From a virus (Duplodnaviria > Caudoviricetes): a stretch of 54,792 bases of DNA. The stretch lies in IMG/VR virus record IMGVR_UViG_3300044785_000009, positions 1 to 54,792 of that record, one strand, 5' to 3'. Made by a program: the position numbers and the translations under genes. Below are positions 44,146-54,456 of the stretch, piece after piece (the stretch's first letter is position 1; every line of letters begins with the position of its first letter). The notes beneath the pieces are model-generated. The model was not told where the DNA came from. It ran no database searches and was given only the letters and a program-made list of their open reading frames with translations.

Positions 44146-44388
44146 ATGAACATTCCGGAATGGTTGAATGCACATGCCAAGGCCATCGTATCAGGTATGA
44201 CGGCTGGCGTGTTCATGTTCTTCGCGTTCAAGGACGGTGGAATCACGAGCGGTGAATGGTCGACCATCATCGCGGGAATGTTGACTGCGGGTGGGGCGAC
44301 GTGGGCGATCCCCAACACGCCTGCACTGATCGGAACTTCGGTGAAGATCGAAGCTACTAAGACGGAGAGAGGACCGAGTAACCTCTAA
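44146..44388 (+). CDS. holin-like membrane protein
   Basis: Two TM helices, KAIV...DG.IT..EW...A.......W.IPN actinophage holin-like pattern. Confidence 0.65.
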   Translation: MNIPEWLNAHAKAIVSGMTAGVFMFFAFKDGGITSGEWSTIIAGMLTAGGATWAIPNTPALIGTSVKIEATKTERGPSNL

Positions 44389-45845
44389 TGACCCTCTCGA
44401 AGGCGAAGTATTTCGAACTGGTAGGATACGTCCCTCATCCTAAGCAGGGACTATTCCATGCTTCACCTTCGAGATTTCGAGTCCCGTGCTGTGGAAGGCG
44501 ATTTGGTAAGAGCCACATGGCTGCACGGGACTGTGGCGCAGAGCTGTTCTTGCCGAAGAAACGCTTCTGGATTATTGGACCGACGTACGACTTGGCCGAG
44601 AAGGAGTTCCGAGTTATCTGGGACGACTTGATTATCGGCAAGATGCTTGGTAGAGACAAGCGAGTGAAGAAGGCGTACTCCAAGCGATCTGGAGAGATGT
44701 GGATTGAGTTCCCTTGGCAGACGCGAATCGAGTGTCGAAGTGCAGATCACCCGGAGAACCTCGTTGGTGAGAAGCTCGACGGGGCGATCATGTCGGAGGC
44801 TGCAAAGCACCGGGCGGATACATGGGAGAGGTTCATCCGACCTGCCTTGGCTGACGCGCGCGGTTGGGCTACTTTCCCAACAACTCCTGAGGGTTTCAAC
44901 TGGCTATACAACCTCTGGGCTTGGGGCCAGTCGCCGGATCCAGTGTTCAAGGACTATACGTCATGGCAGTTTCCGAGCTGGGATAACCCTTACGTCTATC
45001 CAGAGGGAAAGAGCGACCCCGAAATTGCTCTGATCAAGGCGACGGTCCTACCGGCCTTCTTCGACCAAGAGATCGCAGCTCTCTTTAATGCGTTTGTCGG
45101 TAAGATTTACGACGAGTTTCAAGAGGTTACTCACGTCAAGCAGCACAAGTACAATCCAGCCTGGCCAAACTACATGGCGTTCGACTGGGGCTTCACTAAC
45201 CCACTCGCGTGTATCGAATTCCAGGTCAGTCCATGGGGTCAGGTGTTTGTCTGGCGTGAGCACTACTCGGGTGGGTTAATGCTTGAACAGCACATCAACC
45301 TCATCAAAGCGAGGGAACAGCCCGCCGGATACAAGATTGACCTTGCTTTTGGTGATGCTGCGTCTCCAGAGTCGGTTGTTACTGTTTCTACGAAGCTCGC
45401 TCCATGCTATGCCGACCCACGCAGCAAGTCTGGAACGGCAAAGGAAACAGGGTCTCGGGAGTCTGGTTGGCGTGAAGGTGTGGAGCTCGTCAAGTCGTAC
45501 CTTCAGCTCAAGCAGACGGGAGTAGCAGATGAGTTTGGGACTCCGATCGAAGAGCCTTGGTTGTACATCGATCCGTCTTGCCGCAATACTATCCGAGAGT
45601 TCAATAACTACCGAGCTCCATCTGCGGCTGGACGGGTCCTCCGGAACGTACGTGAGGATGCCCAGAAGTTCGACGATCATGCTCTAGACGCCTTGCGTTA
45701 TGCGTTCATGATGATCTTCAAGCTAGGAGCTACTCACAAGCTGAGTGAGATCTATAGCCTCGAAGATCTTCAACGGGCGAGCGATAGTGTGTTCGGCACT
45801 CAGAGTGGTTTCTTTAGTTCCGAGGACCTATCTCGGATGTTCTAA
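44388..45845 (+). CDS. terL: terminase large subunit
   Basis: GRRFGKS Walker A, TTPEG.NW, DWGFTNP, DHALDALRY. Confidence 0.95.
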   Translation: MTLSKAKYFELVGYVPHPKQGLFHASPSRFRVPCCGRRFGKSHMAARDCGAELFLPKKRFWIIGPTYDLAEKEFRVIWDDLIIGKMLGRDKRVKKAYSKRSGEMWIEFPWQTRIECRSADHPENLVGEKLDGAIMSEAAKHRADTWERFIRPALADARGWATFPTTPEGFNWLYNLWAWGQSPDPVFKDYTSWQFPSWDNPYVYPEGKSDPEIALIKATVLPAFFDQEIAALFNAFVGKIYDEFQEVTHVKQHKYNPAWPNYMAFDWGFTNPLACIEFQVSPWGQVFVWREHYSGGLMLEQHINLIKAREQPAGYKIDLAFGDAASPESVVTVSTKLAPCYADPRSKSGTAKETGSRESGWREGVELVKSYLQLKQTGVADEFGTPIEEPWLYIDPSCRNTIREFNNYRAPSAAGRVLRNVREDAQKFDDHALDALRYAFMMIFKLGATHKLSEIYSLEDLQRASDSVFGTQSGFFSSEDLSRMF

Positions 45846-45919
45846 TCCGGAAGATTACAAGGATCTTGCGCTTTATGTTAATCCTGGCAATGTTGAATTA
45901 ACGTATCGTTGGAGGTTCA

Positions 45920-46267
45920 GTGACGGCGATTAAGAAGGACATTAAGGTTGAGCAGGGAGCTAAGTTTGTCCTGAACATCGCCGTTCAGAATGCGGACAAA
46001 ACTCCCAAGGACCTTACCGGGTACTCCGGCAAGATGCAGGTTCGTCCAGCTCCTGGTGGCACGTTGCTGATGGAGGCATCGACTGCAAATGGATTCCTTA
46101 CCATCAACGCACCTGGTGGAATCGTGATGATCAACGTTCCTTCGACAACTACTGATCCTATGGTCTGGACGAACGGTGTCTGGGACCTAGAGATTTCTAC
46201 GAGCACGGCAGACGTCATAAGGCTTGCCGAAGGGTTCGCCTCACTGAGCCAGGAGGTAACGGTATGA
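45920..46267 (+). CDS. putative virion beta-sandwich protein
   Basis: I.VEQGA.F, DLTGY...MQVR, WDLE...RL.EG motifs of phage baseplate/adaptor-like proteins. Confidence 0.6.
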   Translation: MTAIKKDIKVEQGAKFVLNIAVQNADKTPKDLTGYSGKMQVRPAPGGTLLMEASTANGFLTINAPGGIVMINVPSTTTDPMVWTNGVWDLEISTSTADVIRLAEGFASLSQEVTV

Positions 46268-47136
46268 GTAATGGTTTGTTCGAGCTGGCCCGGGAGAAGT
46301 TCTTGGGCGGTACCTTGGACTGGGACACACAGACGTTCTCTGCAGTACTGATGGACCTTACTCCAACGGTTTCAGATGTCGGGATTCGTCAGATTACTTC
46401 GTCTACCAACGCGACCCCGATCGTCGTGACCACAGCTGTTGCTCACGGCTACACGACCGGCGACATCGTGTACGTCGATGGTATCGTTACTGGTACGAGT
46501 GGTAATGGTCTTTGGCAGATCGGTGCCGCGGCCGGTTCCACATTCAGCTTGCTGGATCCAGTTACTGGTGGTAACTCGGTTGGCAACGGTGTCGGTGCTG
46601 GTGGCTACTGCGTGAATATGGGCCGTAGTACTTCAGCGGACTTTTGGGACGACTTCGACGCCTCGCTGGTCGGAGGTGCTCCAGGCAAGGTCAACCTAAC
46701 TTCACCGACAATCGTTAGTGGCGTTGCGGATGCTGCAGACGTTACGTTCACGGCGATCTCGGGCAACCAGGTAGAGGCGATCGGAATCATCCGAGATACT
46801 GGTACTGCTAGCACATCAGAGATGGTAGCTCTCATCACTGGTAAGTTCATCGTCGTTTGTGATGCCAACCTGGCTGCAGGTACGACGCTCGTCGTCGAGC
46901 CGTTGAAGGGCGCAATCCCGAACGGTACAGTCTTGGCATTCTCTACAGGTCAGTCGGCGACGCTTACAGCTCTCGCCAATGCTGGCGATCGAGCGCTCAC
47001 GGTTTCAAGTACAACCGTTACGGCGGGTGGTCGTGCTCTCGCACCGATTACCGCATCCGGTCTTCCGGTCACACCTAACGGCGGCAATATCGTCGTGACG
47101 TGGGATAACGGTGTCAATAGGATCTTCAAGCTTTAA
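46264..47136 (+). CDS. putative virion structural protein
   Basis: GVADAADVTF and LPVTPNGGNI.V.W...IF.L motifs. Inserted TNATPIVVT...HG..TGD.V module. Confidence 0.65.
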   Translation: MSNGLFELAREKFLGGTLDWDTQTFSAVLMDLTPTVSDVGIRQITSSTNATPIVVTTAVAHGYTTGDIVYVDGIVTGTSGNGLWQIGAAAGSTFSLLDPVTGGNSVGNGVGAGGYCVNMGRSTSADFWDDFDASLVGGAPGKVNLTSPTIVSGVADAADVTFTAISGNQVEAIGIIRDTGTASTSEMVALITGKFIVVCDANLAAGTTLVVEPLKGAIPNGTVLAFSTGQSATLTALANAGDRALTVSSTTVTAGGRALAPITASGLPVTPNGGNIVVTWDNGVNRIFKL

Positions 47137-47148
47137 GGAGGGTAGCCA

Positions 47149-47715
47149 GTGAAGCTAGGTGGCGCTTCGATCGTCGAGTGCTTCGGTCCGTTTGCGACAG
47201 CCGGAGGTGTTGCGGCTAACACGTTCACAACCAAGAGGGATATCTCACCACTTCCGATTCCACGCATTCCGGGTGGTATCCTCTTCGTTGGTGATGTGAT
47301 CAAGATCGAGGCAGAGGGTGAGTACTCCTGCGCAACAGGAGTTGTTGCTACTCCTGGCTTGCACTTGGGTACGTATGCCGATGATGGTACAACTCCTGTG
47401 GTAGTTACGGACATCGCACTTGCCTCAGCGATCACAACGGGTACAAGTCCTGCTGCGTGGCCGTGGCGCATGGAGTGGCGTGGTAAGGTCACCAAGACTG
47501 GATCGTCCGGAACAATGTTAGGTGAGGGTGATATCGAATTTGGTACAGCTCTTACCACATTTAGTGGCACTCCAATTCCGATCACAGCGGCTCTACGTAC
47601 CGTAGCCATCAACACGACAGTCGACAACCGTGTTGGTGTCTCTTGGACTTGGGGTGCTTCTGCGGCTGGTAATACAGTCACCTGCTACAACATCACATGT
47701 ATGCGTCTCAACTAA
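47149..47715 (+). CDS. putative virion beta-rich protein
   Basis: AAGGAGG RBS, Thr/Gly-rich. Confidence 0.65.
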   Translation: MKLGGASIVECFGPFATAGGVAANTFTTKRDISPLPIPRIPGGILFVGDVIKIEAEGEYSCATGVVATPGLHLGTYADDGTTPVVVTDIALASAITTGTSPAAWPWRMEWRGKVTKTGSSGTMLGEGDIEFGTALTTFSGTPIPITAALRTVAINTTVDNRVGVSWTWGASAAGNTVTCYNITCMRLN

Positions 47716-47724
47716 GGAGAGTAA

Positions 47725-48036
47725 GTGGCACTTCCTACCGCAGGCTACCAAATCACCAAGGCCGACCTCGACAATCGTATGGGCGGTGCTGTTGTCACCC
47801 TACGAGACGCTCTCATTACCATTGTCGCGCTTAAAGCCGAACTTGATGATGCTACGATCCTTCCGGACGCTACACTGACTACACTTGGTTACTCAGGTGC
47901 TGACATCACGTTGATTCGTGCGGCGTTTACTGATCTCTCCAAGCTCAACGACATCTCTCGGGCAGTAGCTACCCAGGCAAGTACCAATGACTTCTGGTTC
48001 AATGCTAAGCACCTCGCCGGCCTAAACTTCCACTGA
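47725..48036 (+). CDS. hypothetical helical protein
   Basis: TAAGGAG RBS. Confidence 0.65.
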   Translation: MALPTAGYQITKADLDNRMGGAVVTLRDALITIVALKAELDDATILPDATLTTLGYSGADITLIRAAFTDLSKLNDISRAVATQASTNDFWFNAKHLAGLNFH

Positions 48037-48063
48037 GTACTAGCTGTCGAGGGGGTTGACTAA

Positions 48064-50079
48064 ATGGCACTAGCTATCGACGCGTCAACCCCTGCCATTG
48101 CAGTCAACAGCTCAACCACCATCGCGACAGTCACGACAGCAAGCTTCACACCACCTGCGGGAGCGTTACTACTCGTCCGGTGGTGTGGCGATAGCAACCT
48201 AGGAACTAATCCTGGCACACCAACGATCACGGATAGCCTAGGTACACCTCTTACCTATACATTGTTGAATTGGCAGTCTCAGGCCGACACACCAGGAGTA
48301 GCAGGACAGGCAGCGTGTTGGTCGGCCGTTGTTGGTTCATCAGCAGCAATGACTGTTACAGTTACCAGCGGAACACTCTCAGGTCACCGGGCTTCCGCCG
48401 TGCACGTCACCGTCATCACGGGCCAGCACGCGACGCCGATCGGTGCTCACGGCAAATCAGGATCAGCTTCGGCTGCAGCTATTGCACAAAACTTTACCGG
48501 GACAGCGACAAGCAGTCAGGGCTTTATTTGTTCCACTGACTGGGATGCACTAGGAACAGCAACAGCGGGAACTGGATGTACCACTACAGATGGTGGCGCA
48601 GCTACAATCGCTGGACAGATTTCATATGAGTTCATGCGCCGCACGTCAGCGGATGGAACTAATGGTGGCACAACCACCATGAATGTCACTCTTCCTGGTA
48701 CCTCCACGAACCTGTCTTGGGTGTACGCCGAAGTTGTTCCTGCAACAGGCGGTCAAGATATTGTATACACCACACAATATGAATTAAACCTAACACCACT
48801 AGCTCTCTTCGAGATGATCCTCGAGCACCAGAGACGTATTCAAACTGGTATCGCAACAGCACCTAATCAAACAGTTCCAGCTTTAGGAATCATATCAGCA
48901 GAGACATTCGGCAATCCGACAATCTCAACAACAGTCACTGTAACTGCAAACGGCATATCAACTTCGGAAGTACTAGGCACACCAACACTCTCAACAACAG
49001 TCACAGTTACCCCTGCTGGTATTCCGTCAAGTGGGGCATTCGGATCTCCAACTATTCAGCAAGCGCAGTCAGTCACAGCAAGTGCAATCCTAAGCGGTGA
49101 GGCATTCGGTTCGCCCGCAATCGCATTGACAGTTAATCCTGCAGGCATTCCATCGTCTGAGCGATTCGGCTCAGCCACGGTGAGTACTACAATCACTGTA
49201 ACACCCACAGGCATTCCAAGTCAGGAAGCTTTTGGTAGTCCAACCCTCCAGGTCATTACAGCTGTTAACGCGACAGGTATAACGTCTGGCGAAGCTTTTG
49301 GCAATTCGACAATCTCAACCACATACACAGTCAATGCAACAGGTATTCCATCCGCAGAAGCTTTCGGCAATGTAACTATCCTACAAGCCCAGTCCGTCGT
49401 AGCCTCAAGCATACCAAGTCAAGAAGCATTCGGCAATCAAAGTATCTCGACAACAGTAACAGTATCACCTACAGGCATAACTTCAGCAGAACGTCTCGGC
49501 TCTCCAACCATAACACTTACAGTCACACCTACGGGCATACCTAGTCAAGAAGCCTTCGGCAGTCCGACACTTCAAGTTATCACTGCGGTCAATGCAACCG
49601 GAATCTCTTCAGCTGAACGTTTTGGCAACGCAGCAGTAACCACAACGTACACGATCAACGCAACCGGCATTCCAAGCTCCGAAGCCTTCGGTTCACCGAC
49701 AATCACCAACGCAGCCACGATCCAAGCTACAGGCATTCCGAGTTCTGAAGCGTTCGGAAAGCCCACCATCACTACTGGTTCTGTAACGGTCACAGCAAGT
49801 GGTATTCCCAGTAGCGAAAGGTTCGGTAGTGCTCAGGTTAGTCTTGGAGCACTCTCACTACAGGTTCAAGCTTCGGGCATTCTGACAGCACAAGCATTCG
49901 GTAATCCTTTCGTAGGTAGGGAGATCACCCCGGATATAACTGTTAGGGTTTTTACCGAGGTCATCGTTTGGAGAGCTGACGTAGATGTACCCTCGATAGT
50001 AGCAATACCAGTTCTAGTCAATCGAGCAGAACCTACCATAACTAATGTCGACCCTAGCAATCTAGTGGTCGAAACATAA
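48064..50079 (+). CDS. Thr/Ser-rich repeat protein (putative fibre/adhesin)
   Basis: About 16 repeats of GI.S.E.FG..T after a ~225-aa beta-rich N-terminal domain. Confidence 0.7.
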   Translation: MALAIDASTPAIAVNSSTTIATVTTASFTPPAGALLLVRWCGDSNLGTNPGTPTITDSLGTPLTYTLLNWQSQADTPGVAGQAACWSAVVGSSAAMTVTVTSGTLSGHRASAVHVTVITGQHATPIGAHGKSGSASAAAIAQNFTGTATSSQGFICSTDWDALGTATAGTGCTTTDGGAATIAGQISYEFMRRTSADGTNGGTTTMNVTLPGTSTNLSWVYAEVVPATGGQDIVYTTQYELNLTPLALFEMILEHQRRIQTGIATAPNQTVPALGIISAETFGNPTISTTVTVTANGISTSEVLGTPTLSTTVTVTPAGIPSSGAFGSPTIQQAQSVTASAILSGEAFGSPAIALTVNPAGIPSSERFGSATVSTTITVTPTGIPSQEAFGSPTLQVITAVNATGITSGEAFGNSTISTTYTVNATGIPSAEAFGNVTILQAQSVVASSIPSQEAFGNQSISTTVTVSPTGITSAERLGSPTITLTVTPTGIPSQEAFGSPTLQVITAVNATGISSAERFGNAAVTTTYTINATGIPSSEAFGSPTITNAATIQATGIPSSEAFGKPTITTGSVTVTASGIPSSERFGSAQVSLGALSLQVQASGILTAQAFGNPFVGREITPDITVRVFTEVIVWRADVDVPSIVAIPVLVNRAEPTITNVDPSNLVVET

Positions 50080-50110
50080 CCCGTCCGGCCCTGTGGGGAG
50101 TTGAATCGCC

Positions 50111-51721
50111 GTGACCCCGGTTGACACTGGCAGTGAGGGCTTGTCCCAGTACAGGACCACAACACTGCAGGAAGTATTCGATAGGTACGACGTAGTAAGT
50201 GCTCGCGTCGACGATAAGAAGATGGGCGATAGTGCTTACCTTGTTGTTGCTGAGCGTCCAATTCTATTGGCCAACAAGCCGAACATCGATACTCCGTCGG
50301 CGTTGAGGGAGCTCGGCTACACGTCGATGAGTCCATGGACATCATGGACTCGCGACGAGAATGTTCCCCAGCTCCGTGACAAGCTAGGCACACGTACCTA
50401 CTACGACATGAAGCGGAATGATGGAACAGTTCGAGGATCGCTACGGATGGTTAAAACTCCCATCCAAGCGGCTCACTGGTTCATCGAGCCTGGTGCGGAT
50501 ACGACCATCGCGCATAACATTGCAGAATTCATCCAGAAGTGCTTGTTCGACGACCTAAATGTTGGTTGGTCACAAGTGCTCGATGACATTCTGTTGATGT
50601 TCGACTACGGGTATATGCTCTTCGAGAAGGTGTACAAGTTCGAGAACGACAACCTCGCGACTGGTAAGGTCATCCTTCGGAAGCTTGCACCTCGACACCC
50701 ACTCGACATCAACGAGTGGATCTTTGATGCTAATGGTGGTCCGTCAGGCGTTGTAATGGATCCGTTCGTACCATATGGTAACCAGTATGGTGCGGCTCGT
50801 TCCGACTCACAGCTCGAGTCGATAGGTATGAGCTTAGGAGAGTTCATTCCGATTAACAAGTTGGTCATCTTCTCTCTCGAGCCGGAAGGTGGTGACCTGC
50901 GTGGTATCTCAATTCTTCGGTCCGCGTATAAGCACTGGTACTATAAGGATACACTTTACAAGATTGATGCCATTCAGAAGGAGAGGCATGGTATCGGGGT
51001 ACCTGTTATCAAGCTTCCACCTGGGTACTCAGACGACGACAAGAAGCTCGCGGATGAGCTTGGTCGTAACCTGCGAACTAACGATCGGGCCCACATCGTT
51101 ATTCCTGCGAACTGGGAGATCCTATTTGCTAAGCTCGAAGGTCAACCGGTATCAGCGATCGAGTCGATCGATCATCACAACGAGCAGATCCAGGTAAACG
51201 TACTAGCACCCTTCATGAACTCACCAACTCCATCCGAGACATCCTTGGACATGTTCTTCAAGTCAGATCGATACGTCGCTAATGCTGTTGCGGAGGTAAT
51301 TAACAAGTTCGTTATCAAGCAGCTCGTAGATCTGAACTTTAAGAATGGCCCATACCCGAAGCTACGTGCTCGTCGAATTGGTGAGTGGCTCGATCTTCGT
51401 ACTCTCAGCTTTGCGATTCGAAACTTCGTTGGTGCTGGCTTGATTACTCCGGACGACGTTCTCGAAGCACAGCTCCGCGAGGAATCAGACCTTCCGCATC
51501 AGGACTTCGCTACTTCTCGTACGGCGGTGCAGCCTGGAGGAATACCGACATCCAGTACTGGTGGTACTGGATCGGATGTGGTTACAGGCACCGGTACTGG
51601 TGATGCGAACAAGCCGTTGCCGCCTAAGCCTCCGAAGGTTGGGCTTCCGCGACAGAAGGGTACTCCTCCTGTCGCACCTCCGCGTGGCAATGCAGGACGT
51701 GACAAGTCAGGAGGTAAGTGA
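50111..51721 (+). CDS. portal protein (DUF935 / Mu gp29-like)
   Basis: FDYGY..FEKVY, G.SILR.AY..W..K, ER.G.GVP, I..LV.LNF. Confidence 0.9.
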   Translation: MTPVDTGSEGLSQYRTTTLQEVFDRYDVVSARVDDKKMGDSAYLVVAERPILLANKPNIDTPSALRELGYTSMSPWTSWTRDENVPQLRDKLGTRTYYDMKRNDGTVRGSLRMVKTPIQAAHWFIEPGADTTIAHNIAEFIQKCLFDDLNVGWSQVLDDILLMFDYGYMLFEKVYKFENDNLATGKVILRKLAPRHPLDINEWIFDANGGPSGVVMDPFVPYGNQYGAARSDSQLESIGMSLGEFIPINKLVIFSLEPEGGDLRGISILRSAYKHWYYKDTLYKIDAIQKERHGIGVPVIKLPPGYSDDDKKLADELGRNLRTNDRAHIVIPANWEILFAKLEGQPVSAIESIDHHNEQIQVNVLAPFMNSPTPSETSLDMFFKSDRYVANAVAEVINKFVIKQLVDLNFKNGPYPKLRARRIGEWLDLRTLSFAIRNFVGAGLITPDDVLEAQLREESDLPHQDFATSRTAVQPGGIPTSSTGGTGSDVVTGTGTGDANKPLPPKPPKVGLPRQKGTPPVAPPRGNAGRDKSGGK

Positions 51722-51732
51722 TATTGAGATAT

Positions 51733-51770
51733 AGTGAATTGTTGCCTCATAAACTAGAATGCTATATGAT
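51733..51770 (+). promoter_or_regulatory. putative late promoter for the head genes
   Basis: AGTGAATTG-TTGCCT-N17-TATGAT. Confidence 0.6.
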
Positions 51771-51790
51771 CAAGGCAGGAGGTACCGCTA

Positions 51791-52963
51791 ATGCCAGAAG
51801 AGCGTTTTGGTTGGTGGGTCGATACGTCGAAGCTCACACTCAGTGATACGGCGGGTGGCTCTACCACGTGGGTGCACGCGTTGCCCTTTGGCACGTATCA
51901 GCATCCGCTGTACGGTCAGATGCAGTTCGATGCAGCCAAGCTCACAGCTCTGGCCACTAGCGTCAAGTCCAAGACGCGTGGTATCGATCCTGACATCGAC
52001 TACGATCACAAGGCCGATCCGACCAAGGGAAACTTGGCTGCAGGTTGGGTCAAGGACGCCAAGGTTGATGACCAAGGCCTTCACTTGCAAGTCGACTTCA
52101 CGCCTGCAGCTACCAAGTCCATCAAGGACAAGGAGTACCGCTACTTCTCGGCAGAGTTTGTCGACGAGTGGTCGGATGCTTCCGGTGTGAAGCACAAGGA
52201 TGTTCTGTTCGGTGGTGGGCTGACGAATCGTCCATACATGAAGAACCTCCTCCCAGTTAACCTCTCGGAGCTGTTGTCCGAGGGACCGCCCAAGGTAACA
52301 CCTCCGGAGGACGATGTGGATCTGAAGAAGCTGAGGGAGCTCCTGGGGCTACCCGAGGCGACAACCGAAGAGCAGGCACTCGCCAAGCTCACCGAGACGA
52401 TCGGCAGCATCGCGACGCTGGCCGATTCCAACAAGAAGCTGACAGACGAGATCACGGCTCTCAAGACGCCGTCGACCGACCCGAAACTGGATCCGGCGCT
52501 CATGCAGCTCGTCGAGGCCTCGCCGGCCTTCAAGAAGCTGTTCGAGGACATGCAGGACAAGGAACAGAAGCTCACCGAGGCGCAGACGGCGATCCGGTTG
52601 GCCGAAGTTACTAACCAGCTCGGCGAGCTTCAGCGCGGTAAGGTCTTCGCGCTCTCGCCTGTCGTTCGGGAGGACTTGCAGAACATCCTCCTCAAGTCAA
52701 CCCCGGAAGCCGGCAAGACCCTCTTCGAGTTCCTCGACAAGGTCATGTCCGGCAGCGCTCTCGTCGATCTGTCGGAGAAGGGCTATACTGGCAGGCGTGA
52801 AGGCAACGAGGTCGACGCGACGAACCAGTTCAATGCGCTGATCAAGAAGTTCATGGACGACAATAAGGGCTCGACGTTCGGCGACGCTACCGAGGCCGTC
52901 GCGCGTGCGAACCCGACACTGTTCCTCGCGTACCGTGAGGGTACGTACCAGTTCAAGGCATAA
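51791..52963 (+). CDS. Mu-like prohead protease / scaffold
   Basis: IDYDH, AAGW, EYRYFSAEF, GLTNRP. Confidence 0.9.
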   Translation: MPEERFGWWVDTSKLTLSDTAGGSTTWVHALPFGTYQHPLYGQMQFDAAKLTALATSVKSKTRGIDPDIDYDHKADPTKGNLAAGWVKDAKVDDQGLHLQVDFTPAATKSIKDKEYRYFSAEFVDEWSDASGVKHKDVLFGGGLTNRPYMKNLLPVNLSELLSEGPPKVTPPEDDVDLKKLRELLGLPEATTEEQALAKLTETIGSIATLADSNKKLTDEITALKTPSTDPKLDPALMQLVEASPAFKKLFEDMQDKEQKLTEAQTAIRLAEVTNQLGELQRGKVFALSPVVREDLQNILLKSTPEAGKTLFEFLDKVMSGSALVDLSEKGYTGRREGNEVDATNQFNALIKKFMDDNKGSTFGDATEAVARANPTLFLAYREGTYQFKA

Positions 52964-52979
52964 GGGGAGGTGAACTAGA

Positions 52980-53429
52980 ATGGCAGGATCCAACTACGTT
53001 CTCGACAAGGGCTGGGACGTTCTTTCCACGTACAACAGCTCGGCGGTCGCTGGCGTTACGTCGTACCGTTGTGTCGCGGCAAGTGCTACGACCGGCAAGA
53101 TCGACCTGAACGCTACTGCAACCGTGTTCAGTATCGGCGTCGTACAGGAGTCTGTGGATGCGATCAAGGTTGCGACCGGCAAGGTTGTCGCCGACGTTCG
53201 CATGATGGGGATCACGAAGGTTCGTGTCTCGGATACCCCGGGCACTATCCAGATCGGCTCCAAGTTGGCACCATCAGGTACAGGTGCCAATGCCGGCGGT
53301 GTTAAGGTTGCCGTTACTACCAACGCAGTGATCGGCATCTGCGTGGGTCCCGTTCCCATCGGCACGCCTGCCGCTGGTGACCTCATCGACATGATGCTGA
53401 CGCCTGGCGTCGGCGCGTTGCTTTCGTAA
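52980..53429 (+). CDS. capsid decoration/cement protein
   Basis: Between protease and capsid genes. IGV.Q...V...G...V...G......G...A..AGD.I pattern. Confidence 0.7.
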   Translation: MAGSNYVLDKGWDVLSTYNSSAVAGVTSYRCVAASATTGKIDLNATATVFSIGVVQESVDAIKVATGKVVADVRMMGITKVRVSDTPGTIQIGSKLAPSGTGANAGGVKVAVTTNAVIGICVGPVPIGTPAAGDLIDMMLTPGVGALLS

Positions 53430-53449
53430 CCTGAGGGGAGTGAAAACTA

Positions 53450-54442
53450 GTGCCTACTTATAACCCGACAGGTTCCGGCAACGTCCACATCGACCAGATC
53501 CTGACGCAGATCAGCCTCGGCTGGCCGAACGCCGGACTCGTGGGCGAGCGGCTCTTCCCGACGGTTCCCGTTCGGAAGCAGTCCGACAAGTACTACGTCT
53601 TCGGTCGTGAGGGATGGCTCGTCGAGAACGACGTGCGTGCTCCTGGCACCGAAGCGAACGAGATCCCGGGCCTGTCGCTGTCGACCGACACGTACTACGC
53701 CCAGGAACACTCACTGCAGATCCCGGTCACGGATGAGGAGCGTTGGAACTCAGACAGTCCGCTGTCGCCGGATCGTGACGCTACTGAACTCGTGACATCC
53801 AAGATCTGGCTCGGTCGCGAGAAGGCTATGCAGACCCTAGTCACTACAGCCGCCAACTTTGCGTCAGGCAATACCACGACGCTAGTCGGTACCGCGCAGT
53901 GGAACGACTATGTCAACTCCGACCCAATCACCGACATGCGTACTGCGAAGCTGACGATTAACAGTCGCATCTTCCAGGACCCGAACACGGCCGTGATCCC
54001 CTACCAGGTCATGACCAAGCTCGAGGATCACCCCGACTTCATCGAGCGTATCAAGTACTCAGAGCGCGGCATCGTCTCGTCGGAGCTAATCGGCGCGGTC
54101 CTAGGGATCGAGACGATTATCATTCCCGGTGTCGGCATCAACACTGCGAACGCCGGCCAACCGGCCACGCTCGGCTACCTCTGGGGCAAGGACGTTCTGT
54201 TCGCCTGGGTGCCTCCGCGCGCAGGTCTGAAGATCCCGGCCTTCGCGTACGAGTTCGCCTGGTCCGGCAACCCTGGTGGATCGATTCAGTATGTCGATCG
54301 CTGGCGCGAGGAGAAGCGGAAGTCCGACCTCGTTCGGGTCTGCCGCTACTACGACCTCAAGCTGGTGGCTCAGGGCGACGCAGGTACCGCGGACGCCGGC
54401 AAGTCTATTGCCGGTTACCTCATCAAGGCAGCGATCGCCTAA
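53450..54442 (+). CDS. major capsid protein
   Basis: ID..LT.IS.G..N, LFP.VPV.KQS.KY, W.....SDPI.D. Strongly biased codons. Confidence 0.9.
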   Translation: MPTYNPTGSGNVHIDQILTQISLGWPNAGLVGERLFPTVPVRKQSDKYYVFGREGWLVENDVRAPGTEANEIPGLSLSTDTYYAQEHSLQIPVTDEERWNSDSPLSPDRDATELVTSKIWLGREKAMQTLVTTAANFASGNTTTLVGTAQWNDYVNSDPITDMRTAKLTINSRIFQDPNTAVIPYQVMTKLEDHPDFIERIKYSERGIVSSELIGAVLGIETIIIPGVGINTANAGQPATLGYLWGKDVLFAWVPPRAGLKIPAFAYEFAWSGNPGGSIQYVDRWREEKRKSDLVRVCRYYDLKLVAQGDAGTADAGKSIAGYLIKAAIA

Positions 54443-54456
54443 CCAGGAGGTGTGAC

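Noticed and set aside
48880-49915. Diversity-generating retroelement TR/VR pair
   Set aside because: No reverse transcriptase is recognisable. The repeats are coding repeats diverged mostly at synonymous sites, not adenine-specific.
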